Source: Chrysomallon squamiferum
Taxonomy: Eukaryota; Animalia; Mollusca
Direction of reading: 5' to 3'
Length of the DNA stretch: 64,000 nucleotides
NCBI GenBank assembly: GCA_012295275.1
Contig: CM022669.1
Location: forward strand, 11,222,001-11,286,000
The position numbers and the translations under genes were made by a program. Below the pieces are notes generated by a model. That model did not search any database, was not told the DNA's origin, and was given only the letters and a program-made list of their open reading frames with translations. Positions 1 through 13,097 of the stretch are shown here, piece after piece. Each line of letters starts with the position of its first letter. Positions within the stretch are counted from its first letter, which is position 1.

Positions 1-50
1 AAAGAACTTGCAAACACACTTAAATACAAACACATTCTCGAACATCTCTC

Positions 51-90
51 ACAACACACACACACACACACACACATAAACACACACACA
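51..90. repeat. (CA)n microsatellite
   Basis: Direct: run of CA dinucleotides with one interruption. Confidence 0.9.
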
Positions 91-629
91 TCCATATAAA
101 CCTGCATACACATATTTTACTTTATAATATCATATTTCAGTTGAGGCTCTTAATACATGGAATAAAATGGAATAAAATATATCACCAAAGAAAACTGTAT
201 TTCTGTTGGACTTGTTTACCTAATTTTCAACACATTCTGTAGGACTAGCCTTTATCTGTGTCCAGAAAACAAAGTTATTAATCAAACTTGGGGACCAGAC
301 TGCTGAGCACTCTACTGCCAACATCACAACCACCACAACCTGCCAACATCGTTGACCTCACTGCCCTATGGACATTTATAAAGTTTTCTAATTACCATTG
401 ACTATAACATAGAAATGCTTCATCTTCACCTTTGACCTCTTGGTCAACAGTAGGCAAACATTTGCATTCTTCTGATAGTATATTATAATTAACTATTTCC
501 ATACTGTTGATGGTGCATGTAATTAATCATAGAACTGTATTGTACATCCACATATTTACTTGTTGGTGTATATGCAGAAGAGAGTCTGTAAGTTCTGTTG
601 CTCTGTATGATTTCATATTGTGTTTGGAG

Positions 630-860
630 TGTATGGGTTTTTAGTGGTTAGAGCTTTAGCCTAAGGTGTCACAGTTTGCAGATCAATCCTCTTCATCATT
701 CCCTTTTTTTCATGTCTAGTTCCTAGTGATTGGTTTAATAAAGTGGTAAATACTTTCTTGTCTATGGGAAGGTAAAATTAAAAATATCTTTGTTGCTATT
801 TAGTGAGAAGAACCAAGGAGAGTGGCAGCAGATTTATTCTTTAGTACCATTATGTAAGAC
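630..860 (+). mobile_element. Decayed tRNA-derived SINE, near full length (Meta/MESC-like core)
   Basis: Seen: A-box-like TAGTGGTTAGAG (~642), B-box-like GATCAATCC (~681) and core TGTCTATGGGAAGGT...TTGTTGCTATTTAG...GGCAGCAG (~759-830) shared with other copies in the window. Family assignment is from recall of the mollusc MetaSINE/MESC core (TGTCTGTGGGATGGTGCATATAAAAGATCCCTTGCTGCTAAT), not from a search. Confidence 0.65.
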
Positions 861-2614
861 ATAGAGAACACACACACAGACACAGACACACAAACACTCA
901 TTAAAACACGTACATACACACGTACATATATACTACACATATGCATAAAGATATATATATATATATATATTCACATGCATAAACATAGACAGACTTACAC
1001 ATAGATACATATGTACACACAACAAAAAATATATATATACATACACACACACACATTTACAGAGATGCAAACACACATACACAAACACAAAAACCATACA
1101 CACACACACAAACACACTGATCATATCAAATAACCTGTCTAATCATAATAATCACTCATAACTGACTCGATTGCAAACTTGTTATAAGTAACTGATATTC
1201 TCTCAATTACCATTAAAAAAAAAATATATATATATATATACATACTGAACTTTATTAACGTATAGCCAAAATTTAAAAAAAAAGTGTTTTGTATGAGTTT
1301 CTGTGTGTGTGTGTGTGTGTGTGTTTGTGTTTGTGTATACACTTTCAAATGTGATGGAATATACAAATACCCTTTCATTCTAATCAATAATAACACAAGC
1401 CTAAATGTATATATGTATGTTATATGAATTATTTATGTTTTACAAATATAAATATGTATGTATGTATGTATGTATGTATGAATAAATATAATTGAATATA
1501 AATATATATGGATGTAGGTATATATGTATATATATGTGGATGTAGATATGTATATATCTATGCATTTATGTATGTATGAAGATATTCAATATGAGTAAAA
1601 CTGTCTTCCTCTCTGTTTTGGATTCAAAACTAATTATTTATGATTAGTCACAGGTATTAAAGAATCTATTTCAGACGAATATTGCAATGAACAATTAAGT
1701 TTACAATTAAGCAAATGAGAAGGTAAAAAAAGGTATTTTTATTTATTGACCACCTGGGAAATTTGAATTGCATTTATTGCAGGTGTTTGACAAATTACAA
1801 ATTTATGTATTCTGACAGCTGAACCAAGGGACCTTGTTGTGTTTCTGACATTTAAAAATAATAAATAAAGTAATAATAAAATGATGTGTTTTGTTTAATG
1901 GCTTCTATATAAAATTTGCATTGTTGATTTTTAAAAACAAATGAGGTTATCTGAGGGCACTGAAACCTAAAATAAACCTGTTTAAAAGTCTCAAAATTCT
2001 GAAGATGCCATTGCTTTGTAAATCCACACACACATTCACAGATATGTACACACAAAAAAAGAAATATGCACGCACACACGCACACACATAAACATACATA
2101 CCTATATACATTCATACAAACATACACACATATATACATTTATTCACATGCACACACACTCATATATATATATATATGCTTTAAGATGGATAGGAACATT
2201 CACAAAAACAGATGCAATTTGAAAAAATATTTTTAAAAAGTAGAATATCAGAAAAATGCTTGACAATTCAAAATATTCTGACACAGTAAGTGAATTAAAG
2301 AACAGAACAGCATATGTCATCTTCTTCAACACGGTATATCTCGTACAGCATTAGCTTCAAGCAACATGGGAGGTTAGGCAGTAAATAAAATTTTAAAAAC
2401 CCTAACCCAGACTAGCTAATATTGACAGTAATACACAACAGGCATTTTATCAATAGTACAAGCATAGATTGGTGAATGGCCATTAACTTATCTCAAGTGG
2501 ACTGGGCCAAGCCGAATAGGAATTATTTAAAAACCTCGCCATAATGTCTGACTAACAGAATGTTCATCTGAGTTGGTTCAGTTATCGCTAGACTAGTCAT
2601 CATTACAGTCTGCC

Positions 2615-2925
2615 ACAGATTACAAGCATAAACTTGTACTTGTAAATTCACAGATAACAATTATCAGCTTGTAAATTCACAGATCACAGTTATCAGCCTG
2701 TGAATTCACAGATAACAATTATCAGCTTGTGAATTCACAGATTACAGATATAAACTTGTAAATCTACAAATTACAAATATCAGCTTGTAAATTCACAGAT
2801 TACAATTATCAGCTTGTAAATTCACAGATTACAGTTATCAGCTTGTGAATTCACAGATTACAGATTATAAATTTGTAAATCTACAAATTAAAAATATCAG
2901 CTTGTAAATCTACATATTACAAGCA
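2615..2925. repeat. 29-bp minisatellite, ~10 copies, unit AGATTACAATTATCAGCTTGTAAATTCAC
   Basis: Direct reading of tandem units. Confidence 0.9.
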
Positions 2926-5900
2926 TCATCTAGAAAATATACTGATTACAAAAATCGGCTATTAATCCCAAAATTGAGAAATCAACTTGTATTTCAAACA
3001 ACAAACAAAAATAATGTTCATTTTTGGTGATTCGTTGATGATTATCCATGCTCACTTTTAAAAGCAATAACCCATTATAAGGATTGGGGGGAGATAATAA
3101 ATTTTAGCAGATTATTCCTGATTATCCACTGATAGCAAACCATTTAAGTCCTAGTCTTTTTAAACAACAATCTACCAAAACTCAACAACCTACAGAAAAA
3201 AAGAAAAAGAAAAGAAAAGAAAGTGGAGTTGAAAAGAAAGAAATTGACAATCTCTTATTGATAATCCATTGATAGTTAACCATTTTTGTCTTCTGCAAGC
3301 AAAGAAACTCTAGCTCAGCAAATCTGATGATCTATTCTGCTAAATACTGTCGGTCAATATTTGCCATTTAATAATGCTAAAGACTCTGATGTTTGTACAA
3401 GGACAAATCTAATGCAAAAAATACCAACGCTAAGTGATTCAGTATTATGTCAAATAAAAAAAATTAAATTAGTATGTGGTTTATAATACTTGGATCAGCT
3501 GAACACGGTCTATGTGGTAAGCTGGCACATAAAAAGATTCGTTTTAATATATAATTAAACCATATGAGCGTATGTACAAGTAGATTTATTAAAATTAGTG
3601 TCTTATTACATAATAAATGATTTATGTATAACCACAGATTTCTTCTAACATATAATTAAAACTAGTTTATTGTGTTATATACAAGACTAGTGCTTATATA
3701 GATTAATTTTAATATATTGCAAAAATTAATATCTTTTTGTTATAAAATCTTTGGCATGCAAAATAAATTTTAAGCTGTTTTTTTATATAAGTAAATTTAT
3801 TTTGATACACAAAACTGTATTATGATAAAAAAATTAATGTGTTATTCTATTGCCCACATACCAACTGAGATTTACTATCAGATAAAGTGACAATGTCTAT
3901 AGCAGTTTCATCACTGTTCAATGAAAGCTAAAAATAAATGTTATGTGGGTGATATCTGACGATACATTAATTTGTGAATACTGACAGAGATAAATTAATT
4001 AGTGCGTGGTGTATACACAAATAAAAAAGAGGGGGTGTGATAATGTCATAATGGAATACAGTAGGAGTTGAAATTAGTTTGTTTGTTATGAATTTATTTC
4101 TACTCGAAATGTAGTTGTAGTTGTGGTGGTAGTAGTGGTAGTGCTGGTGGGGATGTTGGTGATGGTGGTGATGGTAACAGAGGTAGTAGTAGCAGTTGTA
4201 ATTGTAACAGTAATAATAGAAATAAGACAACAATAATAATAGAATAATTGTAATAATAATATAATAAGGTATTAGTAATAAAAATATAAACAATAACAGT
4301 ATTGGTAAAAATAATAACAATAAATTAATATTAATAATGATGATGGTGATGATCATAAATACACTATGAAGTTAAAGGTTATAAATTTTAAGGATCATTC
4401 ATGAATGTAATTATTGTTTTAAAAATATAGATTACATGGATTATTTTATTAATAGTTAATCCTTTTTTTTTTCTTAATCCAAACTAGAAATGGTTTTTGA
4501 ATGCATATATACAGATATATATGTTTGTGTATTGTTTGTGTATATATTTATTTTATTATGTTTGGTTTACGAGCTTTATCCTTATTCACATCAGACTGGT
4601 AAGATTTTATAACCAGTAGTAATATTAGAGACTTCTTTCAGAGATATATTTACTAAAAATGTTTTTGATTATTCATATATCAAGTAATTATATAAGGGAG
4701 AACATTTATGTTTCTGCGTGCATATGTACGCATTACTTTGAATTTGTGTGTTTATCTAAGAAGGGTGTAGTTGTATATTTGTGTGTGTGTTAGGTCTGTC
4801 TGAATATACAGTATATACATAGGTACATACATTGGTATATGTATACACATGCATTCGGGCACAATCCAGCCCATAAGATAACTGAAATTTGTCTTCACTT
4901 TTTCAATACTTTATTTTTTCCATTTGTTAACATAACACTTAACAGCCAATAAGTGTGTGAATTCAGAACCAAAAATGCCAATTCCCTTCAAGCTATCTTG
5001 TTATTTTTTCATCCTTCAAGTTTGCCAATTCATATTGATTCTAATAACTCGACAGCTAAGACTACTTTTTCACTAATTGCACTTCTCTGCCTTCTATTCA
5101 TCTACTCAAACAGAGATTACTATTATATCACAGCCTCATACATCATAGAAATATTCAATATTTTTTATTTTTTTATTTAACAAATGGATACATAACCAGA
5201 CAAATGAAGAAGGCTTATTTTGCCGTGTCTGTGAGTGCCAGAAGAGCTTTGACTGGCTGTAAGCTATAGACTTAATTACTTCTGTTGTAACTCTATTACA
5301 GAATGCATGACATATCTCAATTCTGCAGCCAATTAGAGTATTTAAAGAGCCCTTTCTGGGATAATTAATGTTAATTTTTTTTTTTTTTTTCCACATTTAG
5401 AATGCTTTCATTTTTGACAGTTGTAAATCTTGTGGGGGTTTTATTTTTAGACTAGTAACATTTGAATTAAAAAAATAAAGAATGATATAGAGAGAGAGTC
5501 AGAGAGAAAGCAAGATATATATATATAAACAAAATAATAATTTTTCCCATTCAAGCCTTGCTTCTTAAATTTCACATTAAATAGAACATACACTTCTATC
5601 TTGGTACCTTGGCATAAAAGGATGCAATATAATTTTTTTTTTTTTTTTAATTACTCTCAGATGGTTTTGATGAACCTATAATTAAAAGACATTATAATTT
5701 CTTGAACAAAATGCTTTAAAATATTTTATCCCCTATTCGCATCGGATTGTTAATATGAAATCAATTTTATAACCACCAGCAATATTAGCATCTTCTTTGA
5801 TTTCCAGATTGCCTTAAACATGTCTGTTAATTTCTTTTGTCGGAGCAGATATTAAAAAACAACAAAACTATAAATAACCTGGATGTTCTATAGCTATGAC

Positions 5901-6290
5901 ACATTATGTTCTGATAAAAACTTAGGAAGCCAGTGGTCTTCCAAGAACTTAAGAAGATAGGGAGTCTGGAAACCAATTCCATGTAGCACTGTAGGCCATG
6001 CCAATTACTTCAAGTATTGTGTGTGGCCAACATAAAAGCATCACTTGCTTGTCATTTTGAGAAATTAATTTGGCTCTGGGCGTGAGTGCTGAGCTTATTG
6101 ATAAATGGGTCAGTGAACGGTTTTTGAATGTTTTTTTCTTAATGTGTGTGCTGTCTGTCTGTACGTCTGTCTGTCTGTCTATGTGGATGGATGTGTGTGT
6201 GTGTGTGTGTGTGTATGTGTGTGTGTGTGTGATTGTGTATAAATATAGAGACATAGTCTCATATATATATACAAATACACATACATGCAT

Positions 6291-6323
<33 letters not shown>

Positions 6324-7135
6324 TTACTTATTCATTTTTATTCAAACCACACTTTTATCAATACCTCAACATTTTTCTTAAAATCTTAACTTCAGTATAA
6401 TTCTGTTATTGTACATTCACAACATTATATATAACCTAGACCATAAATATTACTTAGTCATAACACATTTTTATTTCTGAACTTCAGCTTGAATCTGTTA
6501 GTTTACTTCCACAGTATTATTTATTACTTACTCGTTTTTATTCATACCAAAACTACCATCAATAATACAAGAAAATGCTTTTGCACTGGGCTGCCATGTC
6601 ATGCACCCTCAGACGTAAATAGCCCCATGCACTTACTGCTTTACATAGTCATTTCCAATTAACTTCAAGTTTCTTTTGTTCTTTATTCACACCATTCCCC
6701 CCTCAAATGGAATAATTTACACAGAAACAAACCTGTTCATAAAAATTTGATTGACGTTAATGGAATTAAGTGATATGACATAATTAGGCATGCACACGAA
6801 CGTACCACAGTGTTTACCGACTTGAATCAAATGGGAGAAGTAGCTGTTATGGTTTCCGATATATTTAATTAGTCAGTTTTGTAGTGTTTGTCAAATGTAA
6901 TCCAGAGACCTGTTTGTTTGGATTTAGTATTTTCCTCTTTCTTAATCAAACTATAGATTTTTACGGCGTAAGGTAATATTTTTAGATGTGCTATTGTTAT
7001 TGGGTGTATTATATTAATAAGACATGACTGACAGAGTGTGAAATAATCTCAAGATCAAACAGTTCAGTACAATACAGTAAAATTGGTTTATGTTTGAACA
7101 CATTTTTATTATGACACCGTTTCATAAACATAGCG

Positions 7136-7372
7136 ACACATGTAGATAACTTGTACTAATATACATGCACACTTACATACATACATATATACACATGTAG
7201 ATAGCTTGTACTAATATACATGCACACTTACATACATACATACATACATATATAATACACATGTAGATAACTTGTACTAATATACATGCACACTTACATA
7301 CATACAAACATACATATATAATACACATATAGATAACTTGTACTAATATACATGCACACTTACATAATACAT
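7136..7372. repeat. Tandem repeat, 4 copies of ~55-66 bp (ACACATGTAGATAACTTGTACTAATATACATGCACACTTA plus variable (CATA)n)
   Basis: Direct; it explains the repetitive ORF at 7173-7382. Confidence 0.9.
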
Positions 7373-7799
7373 ACATATACACAGATGTAGATATACACTC
7401 TTTAATACATACAACAATAGCAACATTATTTCAATTATACAGTACATTTATTAACATAACCTTTCTGTTACATGCAAAACTGTGATGGTCTCACCAACAT
7501 TAGAAATGTACATATACGTATAAATATACATGTAAACACACATTTATTAACATAACCATTCAGCTACATATAAATACATTTATTAACATAACCATTCACT
7601 TACATGTAAATACATGTGTATTAAAATAACCATTCAGTTGCTTGTAAAACTACAAAGGCCTGACACTAAAAATTTCATAGTGATTTTATTTCTATTATAC
7701 CCTATCTTTACTGCCAACACTGAGATGTATCAGTGATTACTCAACCTCCAGTTGTGTGAAATAAATCTGTTAGTTTAGTACAAATGAGAGATGACTTAC

Positions 7800-7880
7800 A
7801 GGGATCCAGTGAAAAGAGACTGGTGTAAATGAAACCACTGCAAAGAGCAGAAGAACGATCATGACACAGGCAAGGCCAAA
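7800..7880 (-). CDS. Candidate 81-nt coding exon of an unidentified minus-strand gene; may extend upstream to the ATG at 7958 as an alternative first exon
   Basis: Minus strand: acceptor TTTTCTCCAG| at 7881/7880 and donor CCT|GTAAGTC at 7800/7799. Open as FGLACVMIVLLLFAVVSFTPVSFHWIP (phase 0, hydrophobic) and as (V)WPCLCHDRSSALCSGFIYTSLFSLDP (phase 1). No homolog recognised. Confidence 0.45.
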
Positions 7881-7989
7881 CTGGAGAAAACCATTAGAGT
7901 ACTGCAAAATCTTTTGATTTATTCTCTGGTTATCAGAATGAATACGCTGAATGTGCATTCAGCTGATACTACAAAATGGTGATCAGACA

Positions 7990-8290
7990 AAATGTCATTC
8001 GAAACAAGCAGAGTTAAACAGTCTTTTCGGAGTGATTTATATTACAGACACGATTGCCTCTCGCACACCTAAATACCTGATTGCCTTCTGACATTGATGA
8101 AATATGAAAAATCTGCTTCGTGGCATTTCTGCCCTATGAAGTGATTGGAAACTCTTGTGACATATTCTTGCCAAGGAAAAACATTAATTCCTTTCGATAT
8201 TGCCTCCGATTTTCCTCTTCGTTGCCGTTGCGACTGACGTTTGTACTCCTGCAGTGGCACTTTCAATGTTCTTGCATGCAAGATCACCAA
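7990..8290 (-). promoter_or_regulatory. CpG-retaining island; candidate alternative promoter/5'UTR with Inr-like TCAGTC at 8237-8232
   Basis: Local CpG cluster in a CpG-poor background, immediately upstream (minus strand) of the 7958 ATG and 7800 donor. Promoter function is inference. Confidence 0.4.
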
Positions 8291-10719
8291 AAAAATACAT
8301 CTCTTTGACAAACTGCTTTAAATCACTGATAGAAAAAGTTGCATATTATTGTGACAGTTGGTTAATCATTCAATTTAGGCAGAAAAACTGTGGGTTTAGT
8401 TGTTGGATGGTTTTCTTCTTTTTTCTTACCTTTTTTTTTATTTTTTTATTTTTATTTTTTTGGTTCTTTTTCTTCTAATGACACATGCAAGTGACTTTGT
8501 AATTTAATTGTTTCAAACTAAGCTGGTGCATATCAAAACTGATCTCAGTGACCTTGCTGCATGTTCCTGCTAATTAAAAATAAATATTTAATTTGACAAC
8601 TGGTTAAAAAACACCCAGGTTTTTTTTTTTTTTTGTATCAAATATGTAAAGGTCTATGTCGTATGCATATTACATTTTTTTTAATTTGTTTTTATTTATT
8701 TTTTATTTTCTTAAATTAATCAGCAGCCTCTAAAATTTTAAAATTTGATTTTGGAATGCAGTAAAAAAAATGTCTTTTTTGTTTGTACTTTCAGAGAAAA
8801 GAAACCTTTATTATAAGACTGATAAATTAAATACACACATGCCAGACAAGTCTCAGTAAATAGTATAGACATCTTGTTAGATAAAAAAAATATATTTGAT
8901 GAAATAAAATATTTTTTAAGAAACGTAAATTTTTTTTATTTATATCTTGTTAAAGAGAAGTAATATATAACAGCTGAAAAAGAAACTGTATTCTGAGTAG
9001 CAAAAAATTACAGTGTTATATAACTACCATATTTACTCATATGTAATACATATCCTTAACTATAAACAGTTAAAAAAAGAATATCTCTCATATGTAAAAT
9101 TCACACCAATTTTTCCTTAGTTTTATTTCAAGTAATCAGACAAAGACAGATTATGTCACAAAGATATATAGTTACGACAAAAAGTCTTTAATGAAATAAC
9201 CCCTACCTAATGTTTAGGAGAGCTATTAGTTAATAACCACGAAACCCATTCCAATGTAATATCATACACTTGTCTGCAAGGACAATATGAACTTCTGAAT
9301 TTCAGAGTTTAAAATCGTATGAAAAAAAAGTCTATTATATATAAACCACTACTGTATTCAGTCTTGTTTTAAGAATGTTAAACAGTTCTGTGCAGTACAT
9401 AATGTAAAACAAAAAATACATTATGTTGTCATGCCATGCACTTGGCTCAGAAGAAGTGTAACATTTAGTTTTCATGTTTAATAAAAGGAACCTCCAAACC
9501 CTGGAGTCAAACACCCTGTGCATGGCAGTAAGGAGACTCCTTTTGAAAAAGACTTAATCGCCAAGTGGAATGGGGCAAACAGATTTGGGCAACCACGTCA
9601 AGTAGTAACTGTAGACATAAACAAATTCATTCAGCGGATATTGTTTCTACTGGAATAGAGATTTATATTTTATACCGTTTAAATAAAATCTTTGTATTAA
9701 ATTAAAAAAAAGGGAAGAATTTAACAAAAATTTAAAAAGAAACAGTAAAAAAAAACCTAATTTTCAATATGAGCCATTTGCCTCCTTTACCTCAGTGTAG
9801 TTATGGCCATGCTATGAAAATAGGTGTGTTTTATACAAGAATAAATACGGTTTTATCAGTCTTGTTCTAAGAGCAATCTGGTGAAGTAAACAATGAAATG
9901 AAAAAAATAACAGATGACTTGAGTGTTTATAATCCCCATGAGGCCAATAAACTAATACATCTGTGTGGCATAACACCAATAGCTATCTACCATTAACAGC
10001 ACTTGAAGATCATCATACCACCATTACTTTACAAGTATCGTATTAGCAACTGATAAAACCTTAAAAGACGTTAATTTGTTGTTCAAATACAAATTTGTTT
10101 TTAATGACCATCAATCAAGAAGCAATTATGAATATCAACATATTGATTTTAGCACATGAAACAAATGAAATTATGTATTGATTAGCAATAAGTTTAAAGT
10201 ACTAAAGACAGTCCAAGATAAGATTGCACATAAATGTTTTTAAGATCAGCTGAATGTTTGTTTTATAAATATGTCATTCAAAAACTCTGTATTAGGCAAG
10301 ATGAATGTATTGTGAATAAATACTGAATAGTCATGGAAATCAATTATGTGGCTGTAATCAATAAAGTGACATGCAGATAAACTTCAAAGATACAAATGGT
10401 GTTTATATGGCCCCCTGTCATTGTTAACAATAACAGAAATAATATCATTAAAAAAATATAGTTCTGATTGTAATAAGAAGAGAAAAGTACAAAACATGTT
10501 TAAATTATCTTAATTTTGTTTATTTTCATAACAAACTGAAGTCTTTAATATTTTAAATAGTGTATAATAATAATAATAATAATAAACAGTGATGAAAATG
10601 TGAAAAAAGAAATTATTGAATATTTACTGACAATCTAATATATTGTAATAACAATGGTCAGAAATTTATTGTATGTTTCCTTATATAGTAATGATATGAG
10701 AGACAAAACATACTATCAT

Positions 10720-10840
10720 CTTTCCTTTGACTCATTTTTATTCATTAGAAGCAATAGGTATTTTATTATTTGTCACTAACATAGACTGGGACATTATTTT
10801 AATAAACATAGATAGGAGCACTGGCTGGAATGGGATGCAA
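10720..10840 (-). mobile_element. Decayed SINE fragment, same family
   Basis: CATTAGAAGCAATAGGTATTTTAT...CATAGAC...GGAGCACTGGCTGGAATGGGA matches the reverse complement of the shared core and body. Confidence 0.55.
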
Positions 10841-12067
10841 TCCATTTGAAACACAAGAGAAGAAATGTGTATTGTTGAATCTATGGATGCTTGGCTGTGT
10901 CATGTGTTTGTATTTTTTATTCCTGATTTATTCTAGCTCTTGTCTATATTGCATTAAATGCCAAACTGCATTATCTTAATGTTAATTATTCAGGTGTGAA
11001 ATAAAAATAATTCTCTCTCTCTATCACTGTTTCATATCTCACTTGCTGTTTCTATCTGACTCTTTCTTCTGTCTTCTCTGTCTCTTCTTGCTGTTTTCTC
11101 TCTCTCTTTTTTTTCTCTCATTATTCTTCTTTTTCATTTTTTAAAAACATCTGTACTTGTTTTAATTAGTACTGACTTTTCAACACCTAAAAGCTTCTGT
11201 AATATGTTCTTCGGATTAATTCATAATACCAGTTTTCAGTTTAAAGAAGGATTTTTTTTGGTTTCTGCAGGTTCCTTTCAGAACTAATCCCCAGATCCTG
11301 TGACAATATGGCCTTTTTCTTATATTTTAAATTCTAAAAACTTTTTCATCAAGTTATGTTAATCCTGCTTCATCCTAACTTAAATCTTCTGTTATTATTT
11401 ATGTTTTTAAAGTCCTTCAATGAGATTTTTAAAAATATCTTTTGAAAATGTTCATATTCTAATCAGATTTTTTCAAATGTTTTTAAGAACATTCATTTGC
11501 CAAATGATACTGTACAGTAGTTTAAGAAATCATTTTTTTTTTTTCTTTCTTTCTTTTAAATAATCCAAGATTTATTTCAATCTAATTTGCTACCTTCAAA
11601 ATCCAATGGACTGGTGTCCTATAAGGTTGGGAGTTTTCCTTGCTGTATATTTTATCTTCTTTTCTTTTCGTTTTTCTTTCTTTTTTTTTTTCACTCTACA
11701 TTGTTGTTGTTGGGTTTTTTTTTGTTATTTGAGTCATACCTTCACTGGATTGTTAAGCAAAACAACCCATTAAGACATCCCATTAAATTATCAGGGAAAA
11801 ATTAAGTTTAAAAAAGCCTGGACATCAATCAGATTTTCGTTCCATTCAATTTGAAGATGCGGATGGGAGATTCTTGCCATGAGTCGCGAGTGAAGGAGAA
11901 TGTAATTGTCGACAACGAATGCTGCACCACTGCCGAGCAAACTTCAACTGTTTTATTCAATAAAGTTTATAGCGAATGCAAATAATGACCCTTTTTCCTT
12001 TTTTACTTTTTATTATTCTGGCAGTGTTTTTACTTTTTTTCTTCATGAAAAGGTATTTTTGTAAATA

Positions 12068-12098
<31 letters not shown>

Positions 12099-12819
12099 CA
12101 AAGCATACCTTTTGTATGGTTTTTATACATTTTTTATATTAATGTATGTTTGTTTATTTTATGTATTATTTTTAAAGCAGTGAATTTGAATATTCATATT
12201 ATTTGTAGTTTCATTATTATACAATGTAATTAAGTGACTAGAGTTTAGTTTATTTATATATGTAATATATATTTTGTATATCTTGTTTAAATAAAAACTG
12301 AATTTTTCTATATTTTGTATATATTGATTAACATCATCATTATTATCTTTTTTCTTTCCTCTTTTTTCTTTTTCTTTTTTCTTATTTTTTAAACAGCATT
12401 TTGGCAGCAATGACATTATTGTTATATATTATTTTTATACATTTTTGACATAATATAATTTGAAATTAACTTTGAATTTTTTTTTTTTTTGGTATATACA
12501 AATGATTCTAACCTGTTAATGTCAGTACATTTATATTTATACAGGTCATAATATTTACTGTACATGTATTAAAGTTTGCTCTTAATTGTAGTGAATATTT
12601 ATTTTATTATATATGAAGCTAGTGAGATATTTTATTTATCATACTGAATCTATAGCAGTTGCTTTAATACCTTCATATTATTTAATATATCTTATTTGTG
12701 TGTTTGTGTGTATGTGTGTGTATTTCTAAGTGTGTGTCAGTGTATTTAATTCTATATGTATAACTATCTGTCTGTGTGTGTGTGACTGTGTCTGTGTGTG
12801 TGTGTGTCTGTGTGTATGT

Positions 12820-12856
<37 letters not shown>

Positions 12857-13048
12857 TGTGTGTGTGATTGTATTTTTATGCCACATACAAATCACTTTCT
12901 GTATCACTCTCTACAGATGTACCAAACATTTTGTTCAAAATGATGATCTCTTTACTTGTCCTCTTTACTTAATAAACACCTGAATTTTACTAAAACTTTT
13001 TCCTTTAAAAAAAACTCCAGTACATCAGACATCAGACATATCAGCTTG

Positions 13049-13050
<2 letters not shown>

Positions 13051-13093
<43 letters not shown>
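13051..13093. repeat. Poly(T) tract of ~43 nt
   Basis: Direct. Confidence 0.9.

Positions 13094-13097
<4 letters not shown>

Noticed and set aside
630-700. tRNA gene
   Set aside because: Only degenerate A/B boxes and no cloverleaf; it is the head of a SINE.
9672-9852. Possible TACCGT...ACGGT terminal inverted repeats of a Tc1/pogo-like MITE
   Set aside because: The match between the ends is too short and degenerate to support a call.
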